A stretch of DNA of 64,000 bases, taken from contig JBBTTO010000002.1 of the NCBI GenBank assembly GCA_038064195.1, positions 76,981-140,980 of the forward strand, given 5' to 3'. Below are positions 9,836 to 20,906 of this stretch, in pieces (the first letter of the stretch is position 1; each line of letters begins with the position of its first letter). Position numbers and translations under genes: made by a program. The DNA comes from Patescibacteria group bacterium (GTDB taxonomy: Bacteria > Patescibacteriota > Microgenomatia > Levybacterales > UBA12049). A model generated the notes under the pieces. The model was not told the DNA's origin. It did no database searches and was given only the letters and a program-made list of their open reading frames with translations.

Positions 9836-11563
9836 ATGTCCCGATCCCTAGCCTTGAGTGTTTTCCTAATCTCTTGCCTCTTTCTTCTCCTCGGCTACCT
9901 TCATACAAGCACTGCTTTTGATCAGGATCTGGGCCGCCACCTTCTCACAGGTAAAATTATCACCTACTCCTTGCATGTCCCAACAACTAACCTTTTCTCT
10001 TATACCTACCCCGTCTTCCCTTTTATCAATCACCACTGGCTATCAGAGGTTGTTTTTTACAATCTCACGACAGTGACTGGCACAACCGGGCTCTTCCTCC
10101 TCTCTTTACTGCTGATAGTAGCTACTTGGGGACTTGTCGCACGTGATGCTTTACGAAAGGCGCACCCGCTTATTTTCCTGGTGTTATCTGTTATCTATCT
10201 TCGCATACTTTTCGAACGGACTGATATACGGCCGGAGCTTTTCAGTTTTCTTTTTTTGGCAACTGTTGTTACCATCCTTTACCGCTATAAGGAAAAATTC
10301 ACCAAACTCATCTTCCTGCTTATTCCCCTCGAGTTACTTTGGACCAACATGCATATTTACTTTCCTATCGGTATCCTGATCACACTCCTCTTTGTGATTG
10401 ATAACCTGGTCACACACAGAAAAAATCTCCTGAATCCTCAGACTAAAACCTTGATTGCGGTTTTATTCCTTATGGGGTTGACCACACTTCTCAATCCCCA
10501 CGGGATCAGTGGTGCGACCTATCCCCTGCGAGTCTTTCAAAACTATGGCTATACTATCGAGGAGAACCAGAATCCTTTTTTTCTCCTCTCACTTGGCTTT
10601 ACCAAGCCTTCCCTCCTCTACGTAGAATTAGCTGTAGGAATAGTACTCATAGCCTTTCTCGCCAGATTCAAAAAAACGAGGCTTATCGACTGGCTGCTTT
10701 TTATTACCTTCACTGCTATCGCTTTCAATGCTGTTCGTAACTTCCCTCTTTTTGTTTTTGCTACCTTTATTCCGGCTGTCAGGTCACTTTCAGAGTTACT
10801 TTTGACCTCCCTTAAAAATTTCAGTCCACAAAAACGCCTCATAATTATCCGGCTGGCTTATTTTTTAGTCCTCATCTTTATTGTCTGGCAAGGAAGGAGT
10901 GTTATAGCCCTGCATGGACTTGGTATTGGCTTTGCTGAGAGTGCTAAATCAGCCCTGACGTTTTTTGAGAAGGAGAAATTACACGGCCCGATCTTTAATA
11001 ACTTTGATATCGGGAGTTATATTGAATATCGTCTCTATCCGAGGGAAAAAGTCTTTATTGACGGCAGGCCTGAGGCGTATCCTGCCTCTTTTATTCAGGA
11101 TACCTATATAAAGATGCAGACAGACCCCGCTTTATTTGCCAAAGTAAGTAAAAAGCATAACTTCAACACTATCGTCTTTTCCCACACCGATCAGACTCCC
11201 TGGGCTGAGGCTTTTTTGCGTAGTATTGTCCATGACCCTGACTGGATCACTGTTTATTTGGACCCAATGATGATTATTCTGGTAAGGAACGTCCCGGATA
11301 ATCAAAAAGTGATTAAAGCCTTTGGAAAGCAACTCCAGAACTATTCTTTCCCTCTTCCTGGGGATGAGAAATCACTTCGAACGCTTGGACATTTTTACGG
11401 GGAAATTGGTCTGACAAAACAACTTGAAGAAATTCTCCTTCGCCTTGTGGGACTCGAAGCTAACAATTGCAATACCTTAACAGTCCTCGCGCAAATCTAC
11501 TCTCAGGAGAATAATCCGGCTGCAGGGCTCTACTCCCAACGAGCCCAAGCTGTCTGTCGTTAA
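9836..11563 (+). CDS. Polytopic integral membrane protein (at least 10 TM helices) with a C-terminal soluble, TPR-like region; function unknown
   Basis: Hydrophobic helices run through the first ~330 aa. The tail is hydrophilic. Confidence 0.5.
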   Translation: MSRSLALSVFLISCLFLLLGYLHTSTAFDQDLGRHLLTGKIITYSLHVPTTNLFSYTYPVFPFINHHWLSEVVFYNLTTVTGTTGLFLLSLLLIVATWGLVARDALRKAHPLIFLVLSVIYLRILFERTDIRPELFSFLFLATVVTILYRYKEKFTKLIFLLIPLELLWTNMHIYFPIGILITLLFVIDNLVTHRKNLLNPQTKTLIAVLFLMGLTTLLNPHGISGATYPLRVFQNYGYTIEENQNPFFLLSLGFTKPSLLYVELAVGIVLIAFLARFKKTRLIDWLLFITFTAIAFNAVRNFPLFVFATFIPAVRSLSELLLTSLKNFSPQKRLIIIRLAYFLVLIFIVWQGRSVIALHGLGIGFAESAKSALTFFEKEKLHGPIFNNFDIGSYIEYRLYPREKVFIDGRPEAYPASFIQDTYIKMQTDPALFAKVSKKHNFNTIVFSHTDQTPWAEAFLRSIVHDPDWITVYLDPMMIILVRNVPDNQKVIKAFGKQLQNYSFPLPGDEKSLRTLGHFYGEIGLTKQLEEILLRLVGLEANNCNTLTVLAQIYSQENNPAAGLYSQRAQAVCR

Positions 11564-12600
11564 AGAAGGGCTTGTTGATCAGTTGTCTGAGGCGGAGTCA
11601 GTCCGAGATGCTCATAGGCTCTCTTTGTCGCAACCCGACCCCGGGGTGATCTTTTGACAAAGCCTACCTGCATGAGATACGGCTCAACCATATCTTCAAG
11701 CGTGCCGATATCCTCAGACAGTGTCGAGGCGATGGTCTCAATCCCGACAGGCCCGCCGCTATGCTTCTCAATAATTGCCAAAAGGTATTTACTATCTAAC
11801 TGATCAAGCCCCAGCTGGTCAATCTCCAAAAGACTTAGTGCCTGCGTAGTCATGGAAGGAGTAATAACCCCTTCCCCATGCACTTGAGCAAAGTCACGGA
11901 TTCTTTTCAAAAGCTTGAGAGCAATACGGGGTGTCCCGCGAGCCCGTATAGCAATCTCGCCTATGCTTTCTCTATCCAGCTTTACCTGCAATTTCTCAGC
12001 GGCTTTTTGAATAATATGCCCGAGTTCATCAGGATTGTAAAAATTCAAACGATGTACCACCCCAAAACGATCCCTTAAAGGCCCCGCAATTAATCCCACG
12101 CGGGTAGTGGCGCCAACGATCGTGAATTGAGGCAAATCCAGACGCAAGGTTCGGGCTGATGGACCTTTGCCTAAAATAATATCGAGTGCATAATCCTCCA
12201 TCGCAGGATAGAGAGTCTCCTCAACTACCTTATTGAGACGATGAATCTCATCGATAAAAAGCACATCACCTTTCTCAAGGTTAGTGAGGATTGAAGCAAG
12301 ATCTCCCGCCCGCTCCAAAGCAGGCCCTGAGGTCACCCTGATAGTACTCCCCATCTCACGGGCTATAATATGGGAAAGAGTAGTCTTACCAAGCCCCGGT
12401 GGACCATATAAAAGCACATGTTCTAATGCTTCCTTTCTTTGCTTAGCAGCTTCAATTGCAATTTTGAGAGATTTTTTTATACCTTCCTGGCCATGGAATT
12501 CCTGCCAGCTACCTGCACGAAGCGAGGTCAGTACCACTTCCTCATCAGGCAGCTCCTCTTCAACTTTCTCAACTGTTTTCAGGCCTTTATCTTTTACCAT
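11560..12600 (-). CDS. ruvB: Holliday junction branch-migration ATPase RuvB
   Basis: [17 protein letters not shown] and the sensor motifs are present. It is co-linear with ruvA and ruvC. Confidence 0.95.
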   Translation of the reverse strand: MVKDKGLKTVEKVEEELPDEEVVLTSLRAGSWQEFHGQEGIKKSLKIAIEAAKQRKEALEHVLLYGPPGLGKTTLSHIIAREMGSTIRVTSGPALERAGDLASILTNLEKGDVLFIDEIHRLNKVVEETLYPAMEDYALDIILGKGPSARTLRLDLPQFTIVGATTRVGLIAGPLRDRFGVVHRLNFYNPDELGHIIQKAAEKLQVKLDRESIGEIAIRARGTPRIALKLLKRIRDFAQVHGEGVITPSMTTQALSLLEIDQLGLDQLDSKYLLAIIEKHSGGPVGIETIASTLSEDIGTLEDMVEPYLMQVGFVKRSPRGRVATKRAYEHLGLTPPQTTDQQALL

Positions 12601-12601
12601 A

Positions 12602-13177
12602 TTATTTTCCTAGTGCCTTCAACGCGAGGCGGACAAGCTCCTCAGTCTCCATGCCATCCTTACTCACTTTGTGAATCGCAACTTCCGCTTCACGCGGACT
12701 AAAACCAACAGTTTGCAAGGCAGCAATTGCCTCAAGCATCTCACTTGACTCACCCTCTGCCAAATTTAAATCGTCCGTGCCACCAAGCTTATTTTTGAGC
12801 TCAATAATAATTTTCTGCCCGTTTTTTTTACCAAGCCTGGGGACCGCCATAAAAAATCCGACATTGCCGGTAATTACCGCATTAGCAATTTCGCTGCGTG
12901 ACCCGATTGAGAGCACCCCTAGAGCCGACTTGCAGCCAACTCCGGAGACACTGATCAAAAGTTCAAATAGCCGTAAATCCTCAGCTGAGATAAATCCGTA
13001 CAGCTCGAGCGTGTCATCGCGAACATGCGTATAGGTAAAAAGAGTCAGCGCCTCACCCATAGTAGCTCTTGAGAGAAGATGGGTAGTGACGGAAACTTTG
13101 TAACCGACCCCGTTAACGTCAAGAATAAGAGAGGGAGGAATCTTTAAAGCAACTGTACCGCGTAGCATGCCGATCAT
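12602..13177 (-). CDS. ruvA: Holliday junction DNA helicase subunit RuvA
   Basis: The RuvA N-terminal OB fold MIGMLRGTV...GVGYKV and HhH motifs are present. It lies between ruvC and ruvB. Confidence 0.85.
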   Translation of the reverse strand: MIGMLRGTVALKIPPSLILDVNGVGYKVSVTTHLLSRATMGEALTLFTYTHVRDDTLELYGFISAEDLRLFELLISVSGVGCKSALGVLSIGSRSEIANAVITGNVGFFMAVPRLGKKNGQKIIIELKNKLGGTDDLNLAEGESSEMLEAIAALQTVGFSPREAEVAIHKVSKDGMETEELVRLALKALGK

Positions 13178-13215
13178 AGAGGAAAGTTATGCAATTATAA
13201 CACAGGGTGAGGTAA

Positions 13216-13725
13216 TTATTGCTTCAGCTTTAGCCCCATTTTACTTGAGAAAGCCTGCGCCAAGGCAACAGCTAAGGCGTCGGTCGTATCGTCAAGTTTG
13301 GGAATCTTCTCAAGCTTAAGAATTACCTTGACCATTTGGGCAATCTGCTTTTTCTCAGCATTGCCATAGCCTGTTACTGCCAGCTTGACTTGACTTGGGG
13401 CATGAGTCGCAACCGAAAGACCAGACTCGGCTGCTGCCAGGAGGATGACACCTCGTGCTTGTCCGACCATAAACGCCGTCGTCACATTGCGACTGAAAAA
13501 GAGTTCCTCAACTGCTACCACCTCAGGCTGATACGTTTTTATGAGTTCTTTAAGAGCTTTATAAATAATCAGTAACCGTTTTTCATCAGACATCCCAGTT
13601 GGTGTCTCAATACATCCATAGCTTATTGCTTTCTGCTTATTGCTTTCTGCTTCTATCACTCCCCACCCGAGTCTCCCAAGCCCAGGATCAACACCTAAGA
13701 TACGCATAAGGGCATTATAGTACAA
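13216..13725 (-). CDS. ruvC: Crossover junction endodeoxyribonuclease RuvC
   Basis: MRILGVDPGL matches the RuvC N-terminus, and the catalytic acidic residues are present. The likely start is the internal M at 13707. Confidence 0.85.
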   Translation of the reverse strand: MYYNALMRILGVDPGLGRLGWGVIEAESNKQKAISYGCIETPTGMSDEKRLLIIYKALKELIKTYQPEVVAVEELFFSRNVTTAFMVGQARGVILLAAAESGLSVATHAPSQVKLAVTGYGNAEKKQIAQMVKVILKLEKIPKLDDTTDALAVALAQAFSSKMGLKLKQ

Positions 13726-13755
13726 TTTTTAATTCAAAATTTGAAACCCTATAGT

Positions 13756-13784
13756 TTGACAGTGTTTGCAATTTTTGTTATACT
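13756..13784 (+). promoter_or_regulatory. Consensus sigma-70-type promoter (TTGACA-17-TATACT) upstream of rplY
   Basis: ttgaca lies at 13756-13761, followed by a 17-nt spacer and tatact at 13779-13784. Confidence 0.5.
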
Positions 13785-13840
13785 CACTTATCATATACTC
13801 TGTGGATATCGTAAATACGATATCCCGTACTATTTAACCT

Positions 13841-14548
13841 ATGAAACATCCAATTCTTAATGCTACTCCCCGAACAATCTTAGGGAAAAAAGTCAAAAAA
13901 CTTCGTCGCGAAGGTCAGTTGCCGGCAAATGTCTACGGTAAGTCACTCCCCTCTATTGCTCTACAAATTACCAGCAAGGATTTCAAAGATGTCTTTGCGG
14001 AAGTCGGTGAGACAGGGCTGATTGATCTTATGGTAGACGGTACCAAACACCCGGTTCTTGTCAAAAATCTGCAAATGAACTATCAATCGCATACTCCTCT
14101 GCATGTTGACTTCTATGAAGTTAATTTGAATGAAAAAGTAAAAGCTATGGTGCCGCTTGTCCTGATTGGCGAAGCCAAAGCAGTCACTGAGAATGTCGGG
14201 ACACTCCTTCAGACCTTAAATGAGGTCGAGGTTGAGGCATTACCTGAATCACTCCCTGAAAATATTGAGGTCAATATCGAAAACTTAGCTGCTGTTGATG
14301 ATCAAATCATGATCTCAGAGCTTAAAACACCTGAAGGCGTTACTATCCTCACAGATGAGAGTCAGGTTGTTGCCAAGATTGCTGAGATTGTCATTGAGGT
14401 CGCTCCTGAGCCGGTTGCTGAAGAGGGAGCCGAGGGTGAAGAAGGTGCTCCTGCAGCTGAGGGTGAAGAGACTAAGGCTAAAGAAGGCGAAGGAACCGAA
14501 GAAAAATCAACCAATGAAGAAAAACCGGCTGAAGAAAAAGCTGAGTAA
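13841..14548 (+). CDS. rplY: Ribosomal protein L25 / general stress protein Ctc with an acidic Glu/Ala-rich C-terminal tail
   Basis: The N-terminus is LNATPRTILGKKVKKLRREGQLPANVYGK. The length is typical of the Ctc form. Confidence 0.8.
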   Translation: MKHPILNATPRTILGKKVKKLRREGQLPANVYGKSLPSIALQITSKDFKDVFAEVGETGLIDLMVDGTKHPVLVKNLQMNYQSHTPLHVDFYEVNLNEKVKAMVPLVLIGEAKAVTENVGTLLQTLNEVEVEALPESLPENIEVNIENLAAVDDQIMISELKTPEGVTILTDESQVVAKIAEIVIEVAPEPVAEEGAEGEEGAPAAEGEETKAKEGEGTEEKSTNEEKPAEEKAE

Positions 14549-14549
14549 A

Positions 14550-14945
14550 CTAAAGCCCCACTTGCAGACTAAATTCCCGTGCCTCTTTAAAGTTAGGATC
14601 AATACTCAAGGTCGAATCTAGGTACGTTTTAGCCTGTTTTTTGTCCCCCAGCTGATATGACAACACGGCTAATTTGAAATAGGCATCACGGTACCCCGGA
14701 TAGTCTCTTATTACCCTGAGCCAATATGTCTTCTGATTTTCCAGAGACTGTCGCTGAATTGAGGCTGCGTGCAGTACCTTCTCCCCCTCCAATAGCTCAT
14801 AACTTCGTAAAAAGATACTGACCAGTAAAAAGGTCGTAACGAGGCTAAAAACTATGATTTTAAAATAGCTAAATATACTTACTTTTGCCAATTCGGTAAA
14901 AAGGCGGTTAATCCTCGGGGATTGTTTAGGAGGTTTAGAAAACAT
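14550..14945 (-). CDS. Small membrane-anchored TPR-repeat protein
   Basis: One TM helix is followed by a TPR-like segment DAYFKLAVLSYQLGDKKQAKTYLDSTLSIDPNF. Confidence 0.4.
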   Translation of the reverse strand: MFSKPPKQSPRINRLFTELAKVSIFSYFKIIVFSLVTTFLLVSIFLRSYELLEGEKVLHAASIQRQSLENQKTYWLRVIRDYPGYRDAYFKLAVLSYQLGDKKQAKTYLDSTLSIDPNFKEAREFSLQVGL

Positions 14946-14959
14946 ACTCTCAGTATAGC

Positions 14960-17167
14960 TTATTGAGTAGGCCAGGGTTCAATCATGATCGATTCTCCAT
15001 GTCCGGGCATCTTCTGATAGATTTCCTCTGTTACAAATGGCATGAAGGGATGCAGGAGCTTAATAAGTATTACGTATAAAGTAGTAAGTATTAAGTATGA
15101 ATTATCATCCATACGGTTTTTAACGTCCTCAATATATTTATCAGCGAACTCATGCCAGATAAACTCATACAGTCTCTCAGCCGCTAAATTAAACTGATAG
15201 TCATCAATATACCGCGTTATCTCTTTTACCAGCTGCTCAACCTTGTCCACCCACTCTCTATCAGTCGTGTTTTTTGCAGTCTTCTTTAATTCTTCAATAC
15301 TTAATACTTGATACTCAATACTTGATACTCGTTTCATCTCCAAAAAGCGTGCCATATTCCACAGCTTATTAGTGAATTTACGAGCTGCGTCCAGCTTGGG
15401 ATATGAGAGACTCTGATCATTACCTGTCGCATTACCATAAATGAGAGCAAAGCGTACGGCATCAGCTCCGTATTGCTCAATAAGCTCGAGCGGATTAATG
15501 ACATTCCCCTTGCTCTTACTCATCTTCTTTCCCAACGGATCATTGACGATACCGTGGAAAAGTACGTCTTTAAAAGGCACTTCACCTGTTCGATAAATCC
15601 CGAGCATCGCCATACGCGATACCCAAGCACGCAAAATATCATAGGCAGTCTCCAAAACTGCGGTCGGATAAAACTTCTCAAAGTCGCCGGGCTTTGCCGT
15701 CTGAAGCGTCACATAGGGCCACTGACCACTGGAGAACCAGGTGTCAAAGGTGTCAGAGTCTTGTTCTAATTTAGTTGAACTGCAAACTGGACATTTCTCT
15801 GGCTTCTCCCCTTCAGTCACAATCCATTCAGAATTATTGCTAAATTGCTCTATTGGTTCATTGTTAATTGCTTTCGAGTTTTGACTTGTGGTTTTGCGCT
15901 TTGCGCTTTGCGCTTTTGGCTCACTGCAATCTCTGCAACGCCAGGCAGGGATGCGCATACCCCAGACAATTTGACGTGAGATATTCCAATCCCTGAGATT
16001 CTCGAGCCACTGGAAATACTGTGTCTCAAAACTCTTTGGATGAATCCGTATTTTACCTTCCTTAACTGCCTTGACCGCCTCGTTTTTAAGTGATTCGACT
16101 TTGACAAACCACTGTTCAAGAGGAAGTGGCTCAAGAACTGTTTTACATTTATAACAAAGCCCTACACGATTGATATACCCTTCATCTATTTTTTCAATTA
16201 GTCCTTTGGCATGCATTTCCTCAATAATTGCACTTCGGGCTTGCTTCACATAAAGCCCGGCGAACTTTCCCGCATGTTCATTGAGCTTACCATCGAACCC
16301 TATAACTTGTTTCATCAGCAAATCATGTCGCTTGCCTATCTCAAAGTCATTAAAATCATGTGCAGGAGTGACTTTAACAACACCTGTCCCAAATTCAGGG
16401 TCTACCGCCTCATCTGCAACAACTCTAATAGTAGCTTTACCTAACACAGTCTCTATTTCTATGTCTTTACCGACATATTGTTTGTACCGCGCATCTTCGG
16501 GATGTACTGCTACCCCCGTATCACCAAATTTTGTCTCAGGACGAGTCGTAGCTAAGACCAATGGCCCGTACTTAATATAATAAAGAGGACTGTTACGCTC
16601 TTCGTGGGTGACTTCCAAGTCGGAAAAAGATGTCCCGTCTTTCGTGCAATAATTGACTAGTTTATACGCACGATAGACGAGCTTGTCATCGTGCATTTGT
16701 TTGAAGGTCTGATAAACCAGTTTTTGTATATCCGGATCGAGGGTAAATTTCTCACGCGACCAGTCAAGTGAAAAACCGAGTTTTCGGAGTTGATTCTCTA
16801 TCTTGCCGCCTGATTCACTCACAAACTCCCAGATCATTTGATAAAGCTGTTCCTGCGTATAGTCAAAGCGAGACTTACCTTCACTTTGAAGCTTCTTCTC
16901 GTAAACAAACTGCGTTTCAATTCCCGCATGATCTGTCCCGGGCAGCCAAAGCGTACTATCCCCCTTCATGCGGTGATAGCGAATCAGGATATCCTCAACC
17001 GTGAACATGGCATGACCGAAATGCAGGTCGCCGTTAGCATTAGGCGGGGGAAGGATAATACAATAGGGCTTACCATCAGGATGAATCTCAGGCTTGAAAT
17101 AGCCTTTTTCTTCCCATGTTTTATAGTGCTTATCCTCAACGTCTTTGTGGTTGTAGACTTTATCCAT
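14960..17167 (-). CDS. valS: Valine--tRNA ligase (short form, no C-terminal coiled-coil)
   Basis: PPPNANGDLHFGHA, GTDHAGIETQ and KMSKSKGNVI are present. A Cys-pair insertion region carries a low-complexity KAQSAKRK stretch. Confidence 0.9.
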   Translation of the reverse strand: MDKVYNHKDVEDKHYKTWEEKGYFKPEIHPDGKPYCIILPPPNANGDLHFGHAMFTVEDILIRYHRMKGDSTLWLPGTDHAGIETQFVYEKKLQSEGKSRFDYTQEQLYQMIWEFVSESGGKIENQLRKLGFSLDWSREKFTLDPDIQKLVYQTFKQMHDDKLVYRAYKLVNYCTKDGTSFSDLEVTHEERNSPLYYIKYGPLVLATTRPETKFGDTGVAVHPEDARYKQYVGKDIEIETVLGKATIRVVADEAVDPEFGTGVVKVTPAHDFNDFEIGKRHDLLMKQVIGFDGKLNEHAGKFAGLYVKQARSAIIEEMHAKGLIEKIDEGYINRVGLCYKCKTVLEPLPLEQWFVKVESLKNEAVKAVKEGKIRIHPKSFETQYFQWLENLRDWNISRQIVWGMRIPAWRCRDCSEPKAQSAKRKTTSQNSKAINNEPIEQFSNNSEWIVTEGEKPEKCPVCSSTKLEQDSDTFDTWFSSGQWPYVTLQTAKPGDFEKFYPTAVLETAYDILRAWVSRMAMLGIYRTGEVPFKDVLFHGIVNDPLGKKMSKSKGNVINPLELIEQYGADAVRFALIYGNATGNDQSLSYPKLDAARKFTNKLWNMARFLEMKRVSSIEYQVLSIEELKKTAKNTTDREWVDKVEQLVKEITRYIDDYQFNLAAERLYEFIWHEFADKYIEDVKNRMDDNSYLILTTLYVILIKLLHPFMPFVTEEIYQKMPGHGESIMIEPWPTQ

Positions 17168-17226
17168 TGAAGCTGATTGTAGCAGATATAAGGGGGCTCG
17201 GGAATAGATCGGGGTATCTTCGGGAA

Positions 17227-18537
17227 TTAGACACGCTCGGTGAGCATATAACCCCTGGTCCTTATCGTCCGGATTTCATACGGACTGGCTTGCTTCTTAA
17301 GCTTACTCCGGACACGGGCTACTAAGCGATCTATTGACCAGTCTGAGACACCGAATTCCTGGTACTCTGGCCAAACTGCCTCAATAATATCATCCCGCTC
17401 GCAAATCTCACCTGTATGCTCTTTAAGAAGGGTAAAAAGAAGATGCTCTTTTTTGCTAAAAACCAGCTCCCGATCCATTTTACCGACATGATGGAAGACA
17501 AGCGATACATACTGGGCAAAAAGCGGACTAAAAAGGCTTACTTTTTTCTTATTTGTCTCTACCATGCCCGTTTGAAAAATATAGTCTGCTTCTTTTTGTT
17601 CTTCATCACTAAGTTCTTCCTCTTGAAAGACTTTACCCACTGCTTCTTTCTCCACTGTGGTGAGACTTTCCCATAACTCTTCTGATTGCAGGGTTATCCG
17701 CTCATCCTGCACAAGAAGTGAAAAAAGTTGTTCCGGAGTATTTATGGTATCTTCTTTATGTTCATTAAGAATAATAAGAGCCAGCTGTAGATACTGAACA
17801 TATCCCCCTACCAATCTAAAAAGCTCCTGCTCTATCGTATCGCTAAAACTGAGACCGTAACGCTTTTTATAGTGATCTGCAATGACGCGTATATCGGATT
17901 GATTTGAGGGGCGGATATGTAATGTATGACAAAAGGCTGAAAGATCTGCCTTAGTGAATGCTTTAGGTGAAAGCGCGTCCAAACTTCTGAAGCTAGTAAA
18001 AACATAGGCTATCTTGCCATGGGATCCGTCGCGCAAGCCCTGAAGATTATCGAAGAACTCCGGTGTCACCACATCCTTAATACGGTCAAAACGAAGGAAA
18101 AACAACGTAGGATAGATTCCCTCTGCAACTATCATATTGAGAGAGCGACGAATACCGTCGATAAGTAAGAAAAGGTCGTTTGTCTGAATTGATGATAAAA
18201 ACGAGCTGGCAATTTTTTGCTGGACTACGGCTGGTAACTTTGAACGCTCAACCTCATCTATTATTCTTTTAAAAGTTAGGGTCCAGAAGGGATATAATTC
18301 CCGCTCCACCAGATCGTTAAGATCAACTCTGATAAAAAGATGCCCTTCGTCTTTACTGATAAATTTTGCTTTAACCTCCGGATGATAGAGAAAATAACGC
18401 AGGAAATTACTGATTCCAACTCGTTTCATACCAATTAAATCAACTGAATGACGATGATGAAGATGTTCACCTAAAACCTGGCTGTCTTCCTCACGAAAGC
18501 TCAACGGGTAGCCTAACTCATTACCTCCTATTTCCAT
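17227..18537 (-). CDS. Putative transcriptional regulator: degenerate P-loop NTPase-like N-domain fused to a C-terminal OmpR/PhoB-type winged-helix (Trans_reg_C) domain; paralog of 47977-49344
   Basis: The C-terminus IIEAVWPEYQEFGVSDWSIDRLVARVRSKLKK...IRTIRTRGYML matches the OmpR wHTH. The N-terminal GMKRVGISNFL aligns to the Walker A-like GLPGVGRSTIL of the paralog. Confidence 0.55.
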   Translation of the reverse strand: MEIGGNELGYPLSFREEDSQVLGEHLHHRHSVDLIGMKRVGISNFLRYFLYHPEVKAKFISKDEGHLFIRVDLNDLVERELYPFWTLTFKRIIDEVERSKLPAVVQQKIASSFLSSIQTNDLFLLIDGIRRSLNMIVAEGIYPTLFFLRFDRIKDVVTPEFFDNLQGLRDGSHGKIAYVFTSFRSLDALSPKAFTKADLSAFCHTLHIRPSNQSDIRVIADHYKKRYGLSFSDTIEQELFRLVGGYVQYLQLALIILNEHKEDTINTPEQLFSLLVQDERITLQSEELWESLTTVEKEAVGKVFQEEELSDEEQKEADYIFQTGMVETNKKKVSLFSPLFAQYVSLVFHHVGKMDRELVFSKKEHLLFTLLKEHTGEICERDDIIEAVWPEYQEFGVSDWSIDRLVARVRSKLKKQASPYEIRTIRTRGYMLTERV

Positions 18538-18622
18538 GAGGCTAATTCTAGTCTGTTTTTGTCAGTTTAGCAAGAAATATGTCTAGTATAGGCTTCTTGA
18601 GCTATGGTATACTCGATCCCAT

Positions 18623-19957
18623 ATGGCACGTCTTTTCAGTTCTCTCTCCGAACTTACAGAGCAAGCAACGGGTGCAATCGGGGATTTGAATGACCCCCTC
18701 ATCAGCAATCGGGCCATACTCCAGGCAACGCTTATTGACGATCTGGTCTACACCGCACTCTTCAGTCAGGACAAGGATCTTAAGCAGCAATGCGCAGATC
18801 TGATCTATCGCCTATCTGAATTAGCAGGCTGTCCATCCACCTCAATCTATGAACTCTACAAGGCTTTTGGTGAGCAAAAAGTTGAAGGCTTTACTGTCCC
18901 TGCAATCAATGTCCGCGCGCTCACCTATGATACAGCTCGTCTTATCTTTCGCCTGATGAAGGAGAAAAAAATCGGAGCCGTTGTTTTTGAGATTGCCCGA
19001 TCTGAGATTGAGTATACTCATCAACGCCCCCGGGAATACGCGCTGGCCGTATTGGCAGGGGCTATTAAGGAAGGGTATAAGGGGCCTGTTTTTTTACAAG
19101 GAGACCATTATCAATTCAGTAAAAAAAAGTTTAGTGAAGACCGGAACGCAGAAATAAACAAAATTAAAGATCTTATTAAAGAGTCAATTGAAGCACGCTT
19201 TTACAATATCGATATCGACGCATCAACACTTGTCGACCTGGATAAAGAGAGTCTGACTGACCAACAACAAAATAACAGCGACATGACCGCACTCTTAACT
19301 ACCTATATTCATCAGATACAGCCAGAAAATATAACCGTCTCAATTGGCGGTGAAATCGGACATATCGGCGGTAAAAATAGTACTGCCCAAGATTTTGAAG
19401 CCTTTATGGAGCTGTACCAGCAACAAATAAAAGATCGGGGCATTACTAAGGTCAGTGTCCAGACAGGAACAAGTCATGGCGGTATCCCCCTTCCTGATGG
19501 AACAATTCAGGAAGTCAGTCTGGATTTCTCAGTTCTTAAAGCTATCAGCAATCTTTGTCGCGAGAAATATCATATGGGTGGTTCTGTCCAACATGGGGCA
19601 TCAACTCTCCCACTCTCTGCCTTTGATCATTTTGTTGAAAATCTGACTCTTGAGATTCACCTGGCAACCGGCCTGCAAAATATTGTCTATGACACTATGC
19701 CTGCAGATCTTAAAGAAGAAATGTATGAATGGATAAAAACAAATTTAAGCACCGAACGCGAAGAGGGCTGGACTGATGACCAATTCATCTATAAAACCCG
19801 CAAAAAAGCCCTTGGACCCTTCAAACAAAGACTCTGGGATCTCCCGTATGCCGACAAAGAACCAATCATTGCCGGATTGACTCAGCAGCTCTCAACAATC
19901 TTTGAAAAATTACACATCTTTAATACAGAGACAGATGTCAAAAAATATGTCAAATAA
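18623..19957 (+). CDS. fba: Class II (metal-dependent) fructose/tagatose-bisphosphate aldolase family protein, long form
   Basis: VPAINVRAL, QGDHYQF, HMGGSVQHGAST and EIHLATG resemble class II FBA motifs. The gene is adjacent to fbp and pgk. Confidence 0.5.
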   Translation: MARLFSSLSELTEQATGAIGDLNDPLISNRAILQATLIDDLVYTALFSQDKDLKQQCADLIYRLSELAGCPSTSIYELYKAFGEQKVEGFTVPAINVRALTYDTARLIFRLMKEKKIGAVVFEIARSEIEYTHQRPREYALAVLAGAIKEGYKGPVFLQGDHYQFSKKKFSEDRNAEINKIKDLIKESIEARFYNIDIDASTLVDLDKESLTDQQQNNSDMTALLTTYIHQIQPENITVSIGGEIGHIGGKNSTAQDFEAFMELYQQQIKDRGITKVSVQTGTSHGGIPLPDGTIQEVSLDFSVLKAISNLCREKYHMGGSVQHGASTLPLSAFDHFVENLTLEIHLATGLQNIVYDTMPADLKEEMYEWIKTNLSTEREEGWTDDQFIYKTRKKALGPFKQRLWDLPYADKEPIIAGLTQQLSTIFEKLHIFNTETDVKKYVK

Positions 19958-20903
19958 ACCCCTTAGCCTGACAGAGTTTATTCTTAAGGAACAGCAGGCC
20001 TTCCCCAAAGCGCACGGCAACTTCTCACTTCTCATGGAACAGATTGAATATGCTTGTAAAATTATTGCAAGTCATGTCCGTCAGGCAGGACTGGTCGATA
20101 TTTTGGGGGTGACCGGTGAAAAAAACACGTTTCAGGACGAGGTAAAAAAAATCGATGTCTTCAGCAATGACCTCCTGATAGAGGTCCTCAAAACCTCCGG
20201 GCAAGTAGCGATGATCGCCTCTGAGGAACTGACAGAACCGATTGCCCTTAAGGAGAACGCGCCGTATATTGTATTTTTTGATCCGCTTGACGGGTCTTCC
20301 AATACCGATATCAATGCACCGATCGGAACAATTTTCTCAATATACCACACAAAGGGAGGACTCCTGCAAAAAGGTTCCGAGCAAGTAGCCGCAGGATACG
20401 TCCTTTATGGGACAAGTACGATATTTGTTTATACATCCGGGAAAGGGGTCAATGGATTTACTCTGGACCCGGCAATCGGCACATTTCTCCTTTCCCACCC
20501 GGATATTAAAATCCCCGAATTTAACAACCTCTATAGCGTTAATGAGGGAGAGAGTTTAACCTTTAATAAAACAACTCAAAAATTTCTCCATTGGATTAAG
20601 CAGTCCGATCCAACGACTAAACGCCCCTATAAACTCCGTTATATCGGGGCCATGATTGCGGACGTGCATCGCACACTCTTAAAAGGCGGACTTTTCCTCT
20701 ACCCTGCAACTGGGAAAAACCCCAAAGGCAAACTACGACTTATGTATGAGGCTAATCCGGCAGCTCTCATTCTTCGTGAGGCAGGAGGTCTGGCTTTTTC
20801 AGATAAGACTCCTATCCTTGATCTGATGCCGGAGCATGTCCATCAACAAGTCCCCGTTGTCTTAGGGAGTAAAGGTAATCTCGAAGTTTTCCAAGAATTT
20901 TAA
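19902..20903 (+). CDS. fbp: Fructose-1,6-bisphosphatase class 1
   Basis: LTEFIL...GNFSLLM and the metal-site FDPLDGSSN are present. The real start is probably an internal M near 19935-19947. Confidence 0.85.
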   Translation: MKNYTSLIQRQMSKNMSNKPLSLTEFILKEQQAFPKAHGNFSLLMEQIEYACKIIASHVRQAGLVDILGVTGEKNTFQDEVKKIDVFSNDLLIEVLKTSGQVAMIASEELTEPIALKENAPYIVFFDPLDGSSNTDINAPIGTIFSIYHTKGGLLQKGSEQVAAGYVLYGTSTIFVYTSGKGVNGFTLDPAIGTFLLSHPDIKIPEFNNLYSVNEGESLTFNKTTQKFLHWIKQSDPTTKRPYKLRYIGAMIADVHRTLLKGGLFLYPATGKNPKGKLRLMYEANPAALILREAGGLAFSDKTPILDLMPEHVHQQVPVVLGSKGNLEVFQEF

Positions 20904-20906
20904 TAT

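Noticed and set aside
13621-13660. 14-bp tandem duplication (gcttattgctttct x2) inside ruvC
   Set aside because: The reading frame and the RuvC N-terminal motif remain intact, and protein length is normal. It is probably a chance repeat, not a frameshifting insertion.
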